Shown here in pieces: positions 19,029-28,792 of a stretch of 64,000 nt of DNA. This stretch comes from Candidatus Thorarchaeota archaeon. GTDB lineage: Archaea; Asgardarchaeota; Thorarchaeia; Thorarchaeales; Thorarchaeaceae. Location: positions 64,001 to 128,000 of the forward strand of contig PRDH01000044.1 in NCBI GenBank assembly GCA_003345545.1, written 5' to 3'. The translations under genes and the position numbers were made by a program. Numbering within the stretch: position 1 is the stretch's first letter; each line of letters opens with the position of its first letter. The notes below the pieces were generated by a model that ran no database searches, had not been told where the DNA came from, and saw only the letters and a program-made list of their open reading frames with translations.

Positions 19029-19478
19029 CTACACTTTCTTGAGTGCGGCTTTGACCATCTGTGTGATGCGATCTTCTGTGATGCCTGTCTTCTCGGCCAC
19101 CTTAGCGATGTCGCAGTATGCAAGGTCAGATATCGTTTCGACTCCAGCAGATGTTAGAAGTTTTGCCTCTTCAGCAGTCACTGACTTGAGCATAGAGAGC
19201 CCATCGACAGATTTCTTTGCACTTGCAGCAGCAGCGCTCTCCTCCTCCGCTAGAGCCTTGATGAATTCTTCAAGGTCCTTCTGATACTGCTTCAATGCTT
19301 CGATATTTTCAGGATATGCAGTCCTTCGTCTCATATCAACAAGGAGACCCATCTTGCGAGCATCGTCCACAGTGAGTCCTGATTGTACAGTTTCTTCAAT
19401 ACTGAATCCGCGGCCACGTCTGAATCGAGCATCAGCTGGTGACTTCACAGCCGGCTCAGCGATAATATCAAAGCTCAT
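19029..19478 (-). CDS. rpl13e: Ribosomal protein eL13 (L13e) with C-terminal helix-hairpin-helix extension
   Basis: RRGRGFSIEE...GL....ARKMGLLVDMRRRT..PENIEALK L13e signature; HhH-like tail; start at MSFDII. Confidence 0.85.
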   Translation of the reverse strand: MSFDIIAEPAVKSPADARFRRGRGFSIEETVQSGLTVDDARKMGLLVDMRRRTAYPENIEALKQYQKDLEEFIKALAEEESAAAASAKKSVDGLSMLKSVTAEEAKLLTSAGVETISDLAYCDIAKVAEKTGITEDRITQMVKAALKKV

Positions 19479-19556
19479 CGATTCTTCCACCTGACTCGGG
19501 CCTCGAGCCTTTGGTCTACTTATCAAGCTTTCGAGATGGACAAAGAAGAGACAAGC

Positions 19557-20381
19557 TTATGCAAAATCATCCAGAGATAGTTGGCGGACTTCACCATGCT
19601 CAAGCATACTAAGTAGTTTTCGTTCCTGTCCAGGACTCATAGTTCCCAGGAGAGAGAGCATCTGAAGAGCATTTAGGGGAGCATTTCCTGCAAAGTGGTT
19701 ATTGAAATATCCGAATGCACAATCTACTGTGCCCATCAGCTGACGCAAGCGTGGTATCCAAGCTTCAAGCTCTGCAAGGGAGTATCTGTAGTTATACCAT
19801 AGGCCTTCATTCTGTCCATGCCAGCGAACGTATGAAAAATCGGTAGTGACCCTGAGATTGATTGGCAGTTTCGGTTCGTCAACGACAACACTGGCAATAT
19901 TATACTGCTCCAGAAGGCGCCACACAGGCTCAGCTAACCAGCTATCATGCCTGAACTCGATTGCATACCTGTAAGGAGACCTTAACTCGGAAAAGAATGC
20001 TTCAAGATTCGCCATCGTCGAAATTTCCCAAGGAGGGAGCTGGATGAGTAGGACGTCGACTCGAGTTTCAATTGGGTGCAGAAGTTCGAAGAACTCGTCA
20101 AGAACTTGCCGAACCTCCCCGGTAACATCTAGACGAAAGTCGTGCGTGACTTTCTTCGGCAGCTTTGCAGTAAAGAACTTGCTTCGTTGAGTGGTACTAA
20201 GGTGTCTGATGAAGTCAGGTTTGGGGAGCGCATAGAAGGTGGAGTTGATCTCCGCAGTATCAAAATATTGCAGATACTGCTGCAGCATTGAGCCTCCAGA
20301 TGTGTAGAACACATCCTTCCAGTCTTTTGCATAGGACCATCCACTTGTGCCAAGATGAAGTCCCTTTCTCATATTGCTCAT
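19557..20381 (-). CDS. DUF72 family protein
   Basis: GTSGWSY, EINSTFY, QLPP, EFRH, YVRWHG, YRYS..EL, YFNNH. Confidence 0.92.
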   Translation of the reverse strand: MSNMRKGLHLGTSGWSYAKDWKDVFYTSGGSMLQQYLQYFDTAEINSTFYALPKPDFIRHLSTTQRSKFFTAKLPKKVTHDFRLDVTGEVRQVLDEFFELLHPIETRVDVLLIQLPPWEISTMANLEAFFSELRSPYRYAIEFRHDSWLAEPVWRLLEQYNIASVVVDEPKLPINLRVTTDFSYVRWHGQNEGLWYNYRYSLAELEAWIPRLRQLMGTVDCAFGYFNNHFAGNAPLNALQMLSLLGTMSPGQERKLLSMLEHGEVRQLSLDDFA

Positions 20382-20458
20382 GCCATATACTGTTGCATTT
20401 GTGTTTCTCTTTTGCGGAACGTGGTTTGACATAAGGATGATGTTCATAAGAGCGCAAG

Positions 20459-20794
20459 GTGTTGAAGGAAATTGTGAATGTTATGTTTGCCAGTAATGTG
20501 AAAGCGGAGTTCGATAACCTAGAAGTGCACCTAGGGCCCCTCAGGGACAGTAAGTTCAAGGCAACATGCTCTGTTTCGTACGAGGAACAGATGCTGATAA
20601 TGGATGGAGGCAAGAGAGTGGCACGGATGCATGCTCGGAATATAGGAAATGTACATCTGGAGAAGAAGGCGATCAGAATTGCAGGATTGAACTTCGAGGT
20701 CAAGGAGGGCGATGATGTAAGCGTGGTGAGTGGGTCTATTCGACTTGAGCTAGGCGACGCTGCAAAAGAATGGTACCGAGAGCTGTGGGGCTGA
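20459..20794 (+). CDS. Hypothetical protein, possible stand-alone PH-like domain
   Basis: Beta-rich 111 aa ending in helix AAKEWYREL. Confidence 0.6.
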   Translation: MLKEIVNVMFASNVKAEFDNLEVHLGPLRDSKFKATCSVSYEEQMLIMDGGKRVARMHARNIGNVHLEKKAIRIAGLNFEVKEGDDVSVVSGSIRLELGDAAKEWYRELWG

Positions 20795-20844
20795 GACAAG
20801 ACCTTTTAACGATATGAAGTCAGCACGGAATACATCTACTTGGA

Positions 20845-22161
20845 GTGAGTATGATGTCCCAGAAGATTGAGTATATCGAACTGAGATTCACAGATTTGTT
20901 GGGGAGGATGAAGGCTATGGTTGTTCCCTGCATGCCAGCGGACAACTTGGAAATGCTCTCTTCGGACCCCGCATTAAAGAAGGGAACGAGTTGCGACGGC
21001 AGTTCAGTCACTGGATTGGCCTCAGTCGAATCATCCGACCTCCAGCTTGATCCGGACGCTTCAACACTCATCGAGATTCCATCGGCACCTCGGCGAACAG
21101 CTGCAGCGATGTGTTTTGTGAGAGAGAAGGAAGCTATGGGAAAGGGCATGGACTACTATCCACTTGATAGCCGGGGTCAGTTGCACAGACTGTGTCACGA
21201 GGCTCTACCAGGGAATCTTCAACTGAGAATCAAGGTTGAACCAGAGTTCTATATCATCACTCCAGAGGGAGACTATTTTGACGAGGCGGGATATGCTGAT
21301 ACGCATCCACTGAATCCAGCGATGGATATGCTCCTGGAGCTCGCATCAGCCATCAGAGAGGTAGGTATGCGGCCTCGGGTCATTCACCATGAACACGGCA
21401 GATCCCAGCAAGAAATAGAGATAGACTATGACGATGCAAGAAAGATGGCAGACAACATTCTCATCTTCAAGAATCTAGCAAGAGCGATAGCCCAGAGTCA
21501 AGGCGTCGATGTTACATTCATGCCAAAACCATTTGCAGGTGAAGCAGGAAATGGACTTCACTGTCATCTTCAGCTATGGGACGGAAAGAAGAACCTCTTT
21601 GGCGATGAAAAGAACAATGGACTATCAGAAACGGCCAAGATGTTCATCGCAGGCCTGATGGAACATGCGCCTGCGATAACCGCTATTGCGAATCCAACTG
21701 TCAATTCCTACAAGAGGCTAGTGCCGCACCACGAGGCACCTGTCTATGTCACATGGGGCGAGAAGAACAGGACTGTCCTCGTAAGAATCCCCACATTTGG
21801 CACAAGTGAGAAGGCTGCGGTTGAGCTAAGGTCAGGGGACTCCATGGCGAATCCATATCTTCTGTTCTCCGCGATTATTGCGGCAGGCATGGATGGCATC
21901 AATAGGAAACTAATGCCTCCTGAACCCTGCACTGAAGACATCTTCATGATGACAGATAGGGATCGAGCAAAACGAAAAATCAAGACGCTGCCGACCACAC
22001 TTGAAGAAGCCCTCGATTGTCTGGAGGCAGACTCTGTAATAGTGGATGCCCTGGGAAGTAAGATTGCCAAGGCCCATATCGGACTCAAGCGCGAAGAATG
22101 GCGGGAGTATGTGAGTGAACAAGTATCAGACTGGGAATGGGAGAAGTACCAAGATCTCTAG
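20845..22161 (+). CDS. glnA: Glutamine synthetase type I family
   Basis: FTDLLG, DGSSV, EPEFY, HHEHG..QQEI, FMPKPF...GNGLHCH, NSYKRLVP, ELRSGD..ANPYL. Confidence 0.9.
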   Translation: MSMMSQKIEYIELRFTDLLGRMKAMVVPCMPADNLEMLSSDPALKKGTSCDGSSVTGLASVESSDLQLDPDASTLIEIPSAPRRTAAAMCFVREKEAMGKGMDYYPLDSRGQLHRLCHEALPGNLQLRIKVEPEFYIITPEGDYFDEAGYADTHPLNPAMDMLLELASAIREVGMRPRVIHHEHGRSQQEIEIDYDDARKMADNILIFKNLARAIAQSQGVDVTFMPKPFAGEAGNGLHCHLQLWDGKKNLFGDEKNNGLSETAKMFIAGLMEHAPAITAIANPTVNSYKRLVPHHEAPVYVTWGEKNRTVLVRIPTFGTSEKAAVELRSGDSMANPYLLFSAIIAAGMDGINRKLMPPEPCTEDIFMMTDRDRAKRKIKTLPTTLEEALDCLEADSVIVDALGSKIAKAHIGLKREEWREYVSEQVSDWEWEKYQDL

Positions 22162-22339
22162 GTTTGCAAACGACGAATTAGACAGTGGGCACATCTCTCA
22201 GAAGAGCCTTGATGCTAAACCGATTCTCATCAGTCCCGTTATGCAAATGCCATTCAACCCTAACCAATTCATTAGGCAATGCTCGAATACAAGTAACAAC
22301 TGTTATATCGGGCTATAAAAGACCGCGGTCAGACGAATT

Positions 22340-23734
22340 ATGGGAAATGATAAACGAGGCAGAAAGAGTGTCCAGAGAGCCGCGGCTCTTTCTGTCATTG
22401 CTGCTCTTGTGCTTACATTGATGAAATTAGTGGTTGGATTACTTACTAATTCAATCGGCGTAATCTCGGAGGCACTTCACAGTGGTCTGGATCTAATGGC
22501 AGCAGGAATTACTTTTGTAGCGGTGAGATCAGCGTCAAAGGAACCAGACGGGGAGCACCAATATGGACATGGCAAGATTGAGAATTTCTCAGCACTCATT
22601 GAAACGGTTCTTCTTTGGATAACATCTTTTTGGATCATAAGCGAAGCAATACGAAGGATTGTGAGAGAGGAGTTCATAGAGCCATCGTTGTGGGGAATAG
22701 CTGTCATGCTCACGAGCATCTTTGTAGATTATGAGAGAAGTAGGATGCTCTATCGAACTGCACGAAAGTACAATAGTCAAGCACTCGAAGCTGACGCGCT
22801 TCATTTCAGCACGGACATGCTGAGTTCAACAGTCGTTCTCCTAGGTCTGGTCGTCGTATCACTCGGTTTCCCCATAGGAGACCCTCTCGGTGCCCTTGGA
22901 GTGTCAATTGTGATCATCTATGTTTCATACAATCTCGCGAAAAGATCTTTCAACTTCTTGGTAGATCGTGCTCCAGAAGGAGTCAAAGAAGCTGTAATCC
23001 AGGCCTGCTCTCAAACTCCAGGTGTGTTAGGTTGTTCGAGGGTGCGTGCACGAACATCAGGACCAGATCTGTTTGTGGATGTTGTGGTAACGGTGGATGA
23101 AACTGTGACCACAAGCGCAGCACATCGCATCACTGAGTCCATAGAGTCGTGTCTGACAGGTCTTGCGCCGAGAGTGGATGTTGTTGTGCATGTCGAGCCA
23201 GCAGAGATAGCCCCTGACGATTACATCAAATTGAGTCTGTACCAGAAGCTGCAAGTCCTAGCCAGAAGAGAGCCCAGGATTCTAAGTGTCCACAATATCC
23301 GGATCTTCACTTTTAAGGACCAGTTCGAAATCGTTGCGGATGTTGAGATGTCATTGGATTTGACCCTAGAAGAGGCTCATAGAATATCCGACGAGCTCGA
23401 GGCAGAAATCAAGAAGACTGACCCAAGAGTCAAAACGGTTCTATTACATCTTGAAACGTACTCTGAGGAAAGCGAAGGAGTAGATATAACAGCTACATCA
23501 GAGGACATTGTGAATCAGACCCGAACGATTATCGAGAAATTAGCCTTGAGGATCAAGTGTCCCAAGGTAATCGTGACGAAAGAAAAGGCAGGCATTTCAC
23601 TCCTGATTCAATGCAGCACTGATGGAACAATAAGCCTTAACGAGAGCCACGAGATTTCTGATGCAATTGAGAAGAACATTATGGAGTCAGTCTCTGATGT
23701 CAACCACGTCTTTGTCCACATTGAACCGCTATGA
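22340..23734 (+). CDS. Cation diffusion facilitator (CDF) transporter with three C-terminal dimerisation domains
   Basis: EALHSGLD, HQYGHGKIE, ADALHFSTD; three repeats ending in H.EP/H.ET. Confidence 0.92.
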   Translation: MGNDKRGRKSVQRAAALSVIAALVLTLMKLVVGLLTNSIGVISEALHSGLDLMAAGITFVAVRSASKEPDGEHQYGHGKIENFSALIETVLLWITSFWIISEAIRRIVREEFIEPSLWGIAVMLTSIFVDYERSRMLYRTARKYNSQALEADALHFSTDMLSSTVVLLGLVVVSLGFPIGDPLGALGVSIVIIYVSYNLAKRSFNFLVDRAPEGVKEAVIQACSQTPGVLGCSRVRARTSGPDLFVDVVVTVDETVTTSAAHRITESIESCLTGLAPRVDVVVHVEPAEIAPDDYIKLSLYQKLQVLARREPRILSVHNIRIFTFKDQFEIVADVEMSLDLTLEEAHRISDELEAEIKKTDPRVKTVLLHLETYSEESEGVDITATSEDIVNQTRTIIEKLALRIKCPKVIVTKEKAGISLLIQCSTDGTISLNESHEISDAIEKNIMESVSDVNHVFVHIEPL

Positions 23735-23770
23735 CCCAAGCTTAATATCGCTGTTTCGATAACCATTGTC

Positions 23771-24568
23771 GTGGGGTACTTGATATTGGAAAAAGGCTGT
23801 GATGCAAAAGTATTGGGGTCGCCTGATGCTCATGTTGTTCAGACGAAGGAAATGAAACTCAAGGCGCCGCTCATGGTATGTTGCTTTCCATCTGCTGGAG
23901 TTGTTGGTCCAATCGTTGCTCATGAAATCATCGAGCAACTCAAGATGGAGGAGATTGCCCATCTGAGGTCAAGGTACATGCCTTCAGCAGCAGTGTTTCT
24001 GGAGGGACGGCTTCGGCATCCGTTCAGAATCTATGGAAACAAGAAACTCGATCTGATTGTTGTTACCGCTGAGCTTCCAGTATCAGAAGATGGGTTGTAT
24101 GTTGTCAGTTCTGCATTACTTGATTGGGCAGCAGGGATGGGTGCAAAAGAGATAGTAATTCTTGATGGGATACCAGTAGAGGGACTGCCATCTGAACGCA
24201 AAGTGCTGTTTGCAGCAGAAGAGGAGAAGATAGCAGAGCTGGCAAAGGACAAGGACATGGAGATCTTGGACAGGGGCATCATCACGGGTATTGCTGGTTC
24301 GATTCTCTCCGAGACGCTATGCAGATCGATGGTCGGTTTTGCACTATTGACGCCAGCAATCTCTGTCATACCAGACCCCGGAGGAGCTCTACAACTACTT
24401 GAGGCGCTCAACAGGCTCTACGATTTGAAGATAGACCTCACTAACCTCAAGGAAGGCAGCGAAATAATACGCCGCAAGATGGAAGAGATGGCTCAACAGG
24501 TTGATGGGATGCAGCAGCAGCAACAGCAGAGTGCTGGGCGTCGTGGGTATGAGCGTATGTATGCCTAG
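23771..24568 (+). CDS. PAC2-family proteasome assembly chaperone (PbaB-like) with C-terminal HbYX motif
   Basis: FPSAGVVG, PFRIY, GIITGIAGSIL, PDPGGA; C-terminus MYA; true start probably slightly downstream. Confidence 0.85.
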   Translation: MGYLILEKGCDAKVLGSPDAHVVQTKEMKLKAPLMVCCFPSAGVVGPIVAHEIIEQLKMEEIAHLRSRYMPSAAVFLEGRLRHPFRIYGNKKLDLIVVTAELPVSEDGLYVVSSALLDWAAGMGAKEIVILDGIPVEGLPSERKVLFAAEEEKIAELAKDKDMEILDRGIITGIAGSILSETLCRSMVGFALLTPAISVIPDPGGALQLLEALNRLYDLKIDLTNLKEGSEIIRRKMEEMAQQVDGMQQQQQQSAGRRGYERMYA

Positions 24569-24617
24569 TCGTAAGGGGCTGATATCATTGTGCTTCTAGG
24601 CAGCTGCACACGCGTTA

Positions 24618-25175
24618 TCAGTCTGCACAGGTGTCATACGCTTCCTTAGCACCCTCAGCATTGCTCTCGCCGGCTTTTCCTTTCCACTTTTCACGTATGA
24701 CCTTCTGAATTGTATCAAGCTTGACGAGTCCAGTGGCCTTGGCAAATGCCCCTAGCATGGTCGTATTGATAACAGGCAACCCTCCGACCAGGAGTCCATT
24801 CTTTAATGCGATACCGGTCCCATCATATGTGTAGACATGACCTTTGCGAACTTGTATCTCAGCAGCATGTTTTGGAGTGTTGATGATTACCTTTCCCTCT
24901 TCCTTCAGACCCTCAGTGACATCAGTCAAATCGAGAAGCGTAGAGTCAAGGACTGCTACCACATCAGGGGTGTAGATCTGGCTTCGTACATTGATCTCCT
25001 CATCAGCTATCCGTGTGAACGCCTTCACGGGGGCTCCACGGCGCTCAGCTCCGAAATAGGGGAAAGCTTGCACGCCCTTGTATCCATCAATGTAGGCAGC
25101 CTTTGCCAGCAGTTCAGCGGAGGTGACACCACCTTGTCCACCTCTGCCGTGCCAACGCACTTCAATCATCTTCAT
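24618..25175 (-). CDS. porG: Pyruvate/2-oxoacid:ferredoxin oxidoreductase gamma subunit
   Basis: EVRWHGRGGQGGVT, FGAERRGAPV, NTTMLGA. Confidence 0.9.
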   Translation of the reverse strand: MKMIEVRWHGRGGQGGVTSAELLAKAAYIDGYKGVQAFPYFGAERRGAPVKAFTRIADEEINVRSQIYTPDVVAVLDSTLLDLTDVTEGLKEEGKVIINTPKHAAEIQVRKGHVYTYDGTGIALKNGLLVGGLPVINTTMLGAFAKATGLVKLDTIQKVIREKWKGKAGESNAEGAKEAYDTCAD

Positions 25176-25356
25176 TCGAAATGACGCCTCAACTGACCTG
25201 TTGGTCAAGCCCTGCGCGACATAAGCCAGACATAACCTTTACGTTTGCACTGTGTCTCAGTGGGGAGTCCTAATAGAGAATCACAATCGGTAGCCTACAT
25301 CACGGGCACCCGTCAATGTCTCTCTGGATAACAGCAAAGTAGCTGCAGGGCGCTCA

Positions 25357-26742
25357 TCAAAGATATGAATCCTCTTGAAGAGCATGAATGACTCCATCTG
25401 CTGATTGAGCAGCTTGTTGCAGACCTACACCAGACCCAGCAGTATCGGTACCGACAATATAGAGTCCATCTATAGGAGTTCTGGGGCCAGGTCTATCAAG
25501 GTCTGTTTGCCCAGGAATTAGTTTCGCACGAGTGGCATATGACATCTGAGCATGTTCCATCTCGACATGATCAAGGATGCCGGGGTAATATTTCTCGAAA
25601 CCATTGCCCTTCATCATTGCTACATGTTCATCAAGAGATTTACCCGGCTCAGCCATCATAGCAATGGCCACCAACTCTCTTCCATCAGGAGCACAGGTCC
25701 GGTCAAAACTTGAAACGGATACAATCCAGCGGTTTGGATTTGGATGGACGAGTACCCTATTCTTGCGGTCTCCGATGACAACTTTCTTCAGACCCAGCCA
25801 GAGAGTGATGCCTTTAGTCGGTTCCATCTTGCTCCATCTGCTGAAGAATGCGCGACTCTCTGCCATATCAGATTCGACAATCTTGTCCATGGACCAAAGA
25901 GGAATATCGCTCACAATTCGAGAATGCTGGATGTTTCTGCCCCCGACGGTCAGACCGGTCACATGTGCATCACTCTCAAGAATCCTCTCAACTGGAGCAT
26001 CAAGAACGTAGTCCCCGTTTATCGTCTCAATCACTCTCTTGACGAGACCCTCCATCCCTCCGATGACATAGCCTTCATCATACTCGCTTGATCCGAAAAG
26101 CAGTTTCTTTGCTGATGCAAACTTCGATGGTTCCCTATCTGTGTCCTTGAGCGTGCGTAGAGCCTCGTATGCAGAGGCCTCGGAAATGGGGACTCCCGCA
26201 GCCATGTAGATGGCACTCTGCATCACATCAAGCATGACTTTGTTCGTCGCGCCTCTAGCTTGCATGAATTCGAGGAATGAGATGTCCTTGTACTTTCGCA
26301 TCTCATCAAGTTTCATCGTCTTTATCTTTGCACCAATCCTGACAAGTCCCAGACGACCTCTCCAGCCTGTGAGGGGCCACCTCAGGGTTTCTCCGATGCT
26401 CGAAGGAATTGGCCCGGTCTTATCACACACGCGGAACTCCCAGCCGTCATGGAGAACAAACTCTGGAGGCGGAGAGAGATAGCTCTTCAGAAATCTGACG
26501 AAAGCGCCACGTGTCACACGCGTTATGACATGCAAGCCCTGATCGACACGATATCCATCGACCCAATACCCATGCCACACACCACCAAGACGACTCTCCT
26601 TCTCAACCACCAAGACCTTTCTCCCTCTTGCCGACAGGGCAAGCGCAGTAAGGAGGCCGCCTGCTCCGCTACCAGCAATGATGACATCATACTGATTTGG
26701 ATCAACTAGGTCAAGGGAGATCTGTTTCATCGAATGGCTCAC
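25357..26742 (-). CDS. FAD-dependent oxidoreductase (phytoene dehydrogenase-like)
   Basis: YDVIIAGSGAGGL...VVEK...LGG; C-terminal TPIDGLYIVG. Confidence 0.85.
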   Translation of the reverse strand: MSHSMKQISLDLVDPNQYDVIIAGSGAGGLLTALALSARGRKVLVVEKESRLGGVWHGYWVDGYRVDQGLHVITRVTRGAFVRFLKSYLSPPPEFVLHDGWEFRVCDKTGPIPSSIGETLRWPLTGWRGRLGLVRIGAKIKTMKLDEMRKYKDISFLEFMQARGATNKVMLDVMQSAIYMAAGVPISEASAYEALRTLKDTDREPSKFASAKKLLFGSSEYDEGYVIGGMEGLVKRVIETINGDYVLDAPVERILESDAHVTGLTVGGRNIQHSRIVSDIPLWSMDKIVESDMAESRAFFSRWSKMEPTKGITLWLGLKKVVIGDRKNRVLVHPNPNRWIVSVSSFDRTCAPDGRELVAIAMMAEPGKSLDEHVAMMKGNGFEKYYPGILDHVEMEHAQMSYATRAKLIPGQTDLDRPGPRTPIDGLYIVGTDTAGSGVGLQQAAQSADGVIHALQEDSYL

Positions 26743-26929
26743 ACAAAGTGGGTTTCATCGTCTACTTAAGCGTGTCCACACACTCGTGAAATTGCAGTCG
26801 AATCTTGATGCGTCTGCGAGGTAGATAGCATCAAAAAAAAGACAGATATCAGGGCAACTGTTATGAGGAAACAGAAATGCAAAAGACACAACAAACTGAC
26901 TGAAACAAAGTGAAGGAGAACAAATAGCC

Positions 26930-28735
26930 TTGACCCCTAGCGATGACCTCCTTAAAGAAGCCAAACAGGTACTTGCAAATGGAAATATGGAGGAGGGCGT
27001 GAAGAAGCTCGTAAAAGCAGCAGAGAACTTGGAAACGAAGAACGAATACGAAATGGCTGCAAAGACCTACGAAGAAGCAGCGCTCGTCTATCGAGATCTA
27101 CATCATGCAGATGAGAGCTTCAAGCTGTTTGATAGGGCAACCTTGATGATGGTCAGAATGCCTCAGGGCCCGGGAGTCTACAGAGAGATAGTCCGACTCA
27201 ACATAAGAGCCGGAGAAATCGCAGATGCAGCAAATGAACACAAGAGAGCTGCTGATTTCTATTTCAGAGCCAAGGACTTTGCAATGACAGATGAAGAGAA
27301 GAAGACCACCAACATTCGAGCAGCCGATGCCTTGGAGAATATCGCAGATGGCACAGAGGAACAGGGGGACTTCTCTGAAACAATAAGCCTCCTTCGAAAG
27401 GTCAGCAGGCTCTACTACACTGCCGGTGATGAGGAGCTCGGAGAGAGAATCAATGACAGGGCAGTCAGGGTAGCTCTGCATTGGGCAAGAACTTCAAAAA
27501 TCAAGGGCGACTTCCTCTCTGCAGGAAATGCCCTAGCAGAAGCGGCTCAGATCATGCAGACAATAGGGGAGTCTCCCGAAGCAACGCGTATTATGATGGA
27601 GGCTGGAGAGCTATACGAGGCTGCACAACTCTATGAAAAGGCAGGAAACATCTATGATGCTGCTCAAGAAGCCTATAAACTTCAACGGCTGACATCGGCC
27701 AGAAATCAGGCACTCGCTAACGCTGCAGAGGCATATCTGAAGATGGAGGGCACACCCGAGGCTGTGGCTCCTCTCCTAGTGAAGGGAGGCAATATGTTCA
27801 GCGAGCTAGGCAGAGGTATGAGGGCAAAGTGGGCATTCAAGCGGGGGAGTGAGATGTTTGAAGAACTGGCTAAGAGAGCGGCATCAGACAGAGAAGTCGA
27901 CTCGGAGAAGAAATACCTTCGATATCAAGCCATGTGCTTGAAGAACGCAGGATATGAAGACCGAGCCGAGGAGATCTACTCGCAGGTAACAAAGTACTAC
28001 CTTGGACAGGCTCAGAATCGGAGCAAGGCAGGTGACAAGGAACGACAAGCTATCGCGCTGGAGGAAGCAGCAGAAGTCTTCCTTGAATCAGGTCAGAAAG
28101 AAGAGAGCAAGAAGCTCGTTGAACAAGCAATCACTCTGTACGTTGAACTAGCTGAGGAAAAATCCACCGCAGAAGACTCAGAAACAGCATCAAAGCTCTA
28201 CGGCCGAGCCGCAGATTGTGCTGCGCGACTAGGTGATACAGAGAGAGACCAATCATTCCACTGCATGGCGAGTGAAAAAGCAGAGCAGGCGGCGGAGTAC
28301 TATAGACAACTTGGAGTCCCTGAATTGGCGACAATCTGGATTAGGACTGCTGGAACAGAGGCACTACAGACAGGTTCGGACAAGATGATAGAGAAAGCCA
28401 TCCAACTGCTTACGAAGTCTGCGGAGGGATTTAAGGCCGCTAACGAACTCAAGGAAGCATTCGAGGATCTGTTCGGAGTGTTTGAGGCGCACTTCATGCA
28501 TTACCCCGACAGACGAAAGCAAATCAAGACGACGATTTCATCCATGGAGGAAATAGCAAAGACTATGCAGGATGACATAATCAATGCACTCACATCCTTG
28601 ATTATTGCATTGAACGAGGGCAATCACATTGGCGCTCTTCTCATCCTTCAGGAAAACGAAGAAGGCCTCCTGACCAAAGAAGACCGAATCCGTAGCCTAA
28701 TTGCTCAGTCCAAGATTGTGAGGGCTACAAGATAG
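26930..28735 (+). CDS. Alpha-solenoid (alpha-SNAP/TPR-like) repeat protein
   Basis: Recurrent AAxxYxxAA helical repeats over about 600 aa. Confidence 0.75.
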   Translation: MTPSDDLLKEAKQVLANGNMEEGVKKLVKAAENLETKNEYEMAAKTYEEAALVYRDLHHADESFKLFDRATLMMVRMPQGPGVYREIVRLNIRAGEIADAANEHKRAADFYFRAKDFAMTDEEKKTTNIRAADALENIADGTEEQGDFSETISLLRKVSRLYYTAGDEELGERINDRAVRVALHWARTSKIKGDFLSAGNALAEAAQIMQTIGESPEATRIMMEAGELYEAAQLYEKAGNIYDAAQEAYKLQRLTSARNQALANAAEAYLKMEGTPEAVAPLLVKGGNMFSELGRGMRAKWAFKRGSEMFEELAKRAASDREVDSEKKYLRYQAMCLKNAGYEDRAEEIYSQVTKYYLGQAQNRSKAGDKERQAIALEEAAEVFLESGQKEESKKLVEQAITLYVELAEEKSTAEDSETASKLYGRAADCAARLGDTERDQSFHCMASEKAEQAAEYYRQLGVPELATIWIRTAGTEALQTGSDKMIEKAIQLLTKSAEGFKAANELKEAFEDLFGVFEAHFMHYPDRRKQIKTTISSMEEIAKTMQDDIINALTSLIIALNEGNHIGALLILQENEEGLLTKEDRIRSLIAQSKIVRATR

Positions 28736-28792
28736 ACTGTTCATGTCTTTCGGAAGATAGAAGAGAGTCAGATACTCTCTCCCTGAAATCAG

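Noticed and set aside
20260-20799. 179-aa minus-strand ORF
   Set aside because: Ser/Thr-rich antisense shadow of 20459-20794 that also overlaps the DUF72 gene
25357-26742. Possible Rab-GDI homologue (YDVII.G.G N-terminus)
   Set aside because: It keeps the intact GxGxxG FAD motif and the C-terminal GLYIVG of phytoene-dehydrogenase-like enzymes; no GDI-specific motif was recognised
26760-26925. A-rich spacer with short CAGA/CAAA repeats
   Set aside because: No regular period or spacer structure; looks like an ordinary divergent promoter region, not CRISPR or an origin
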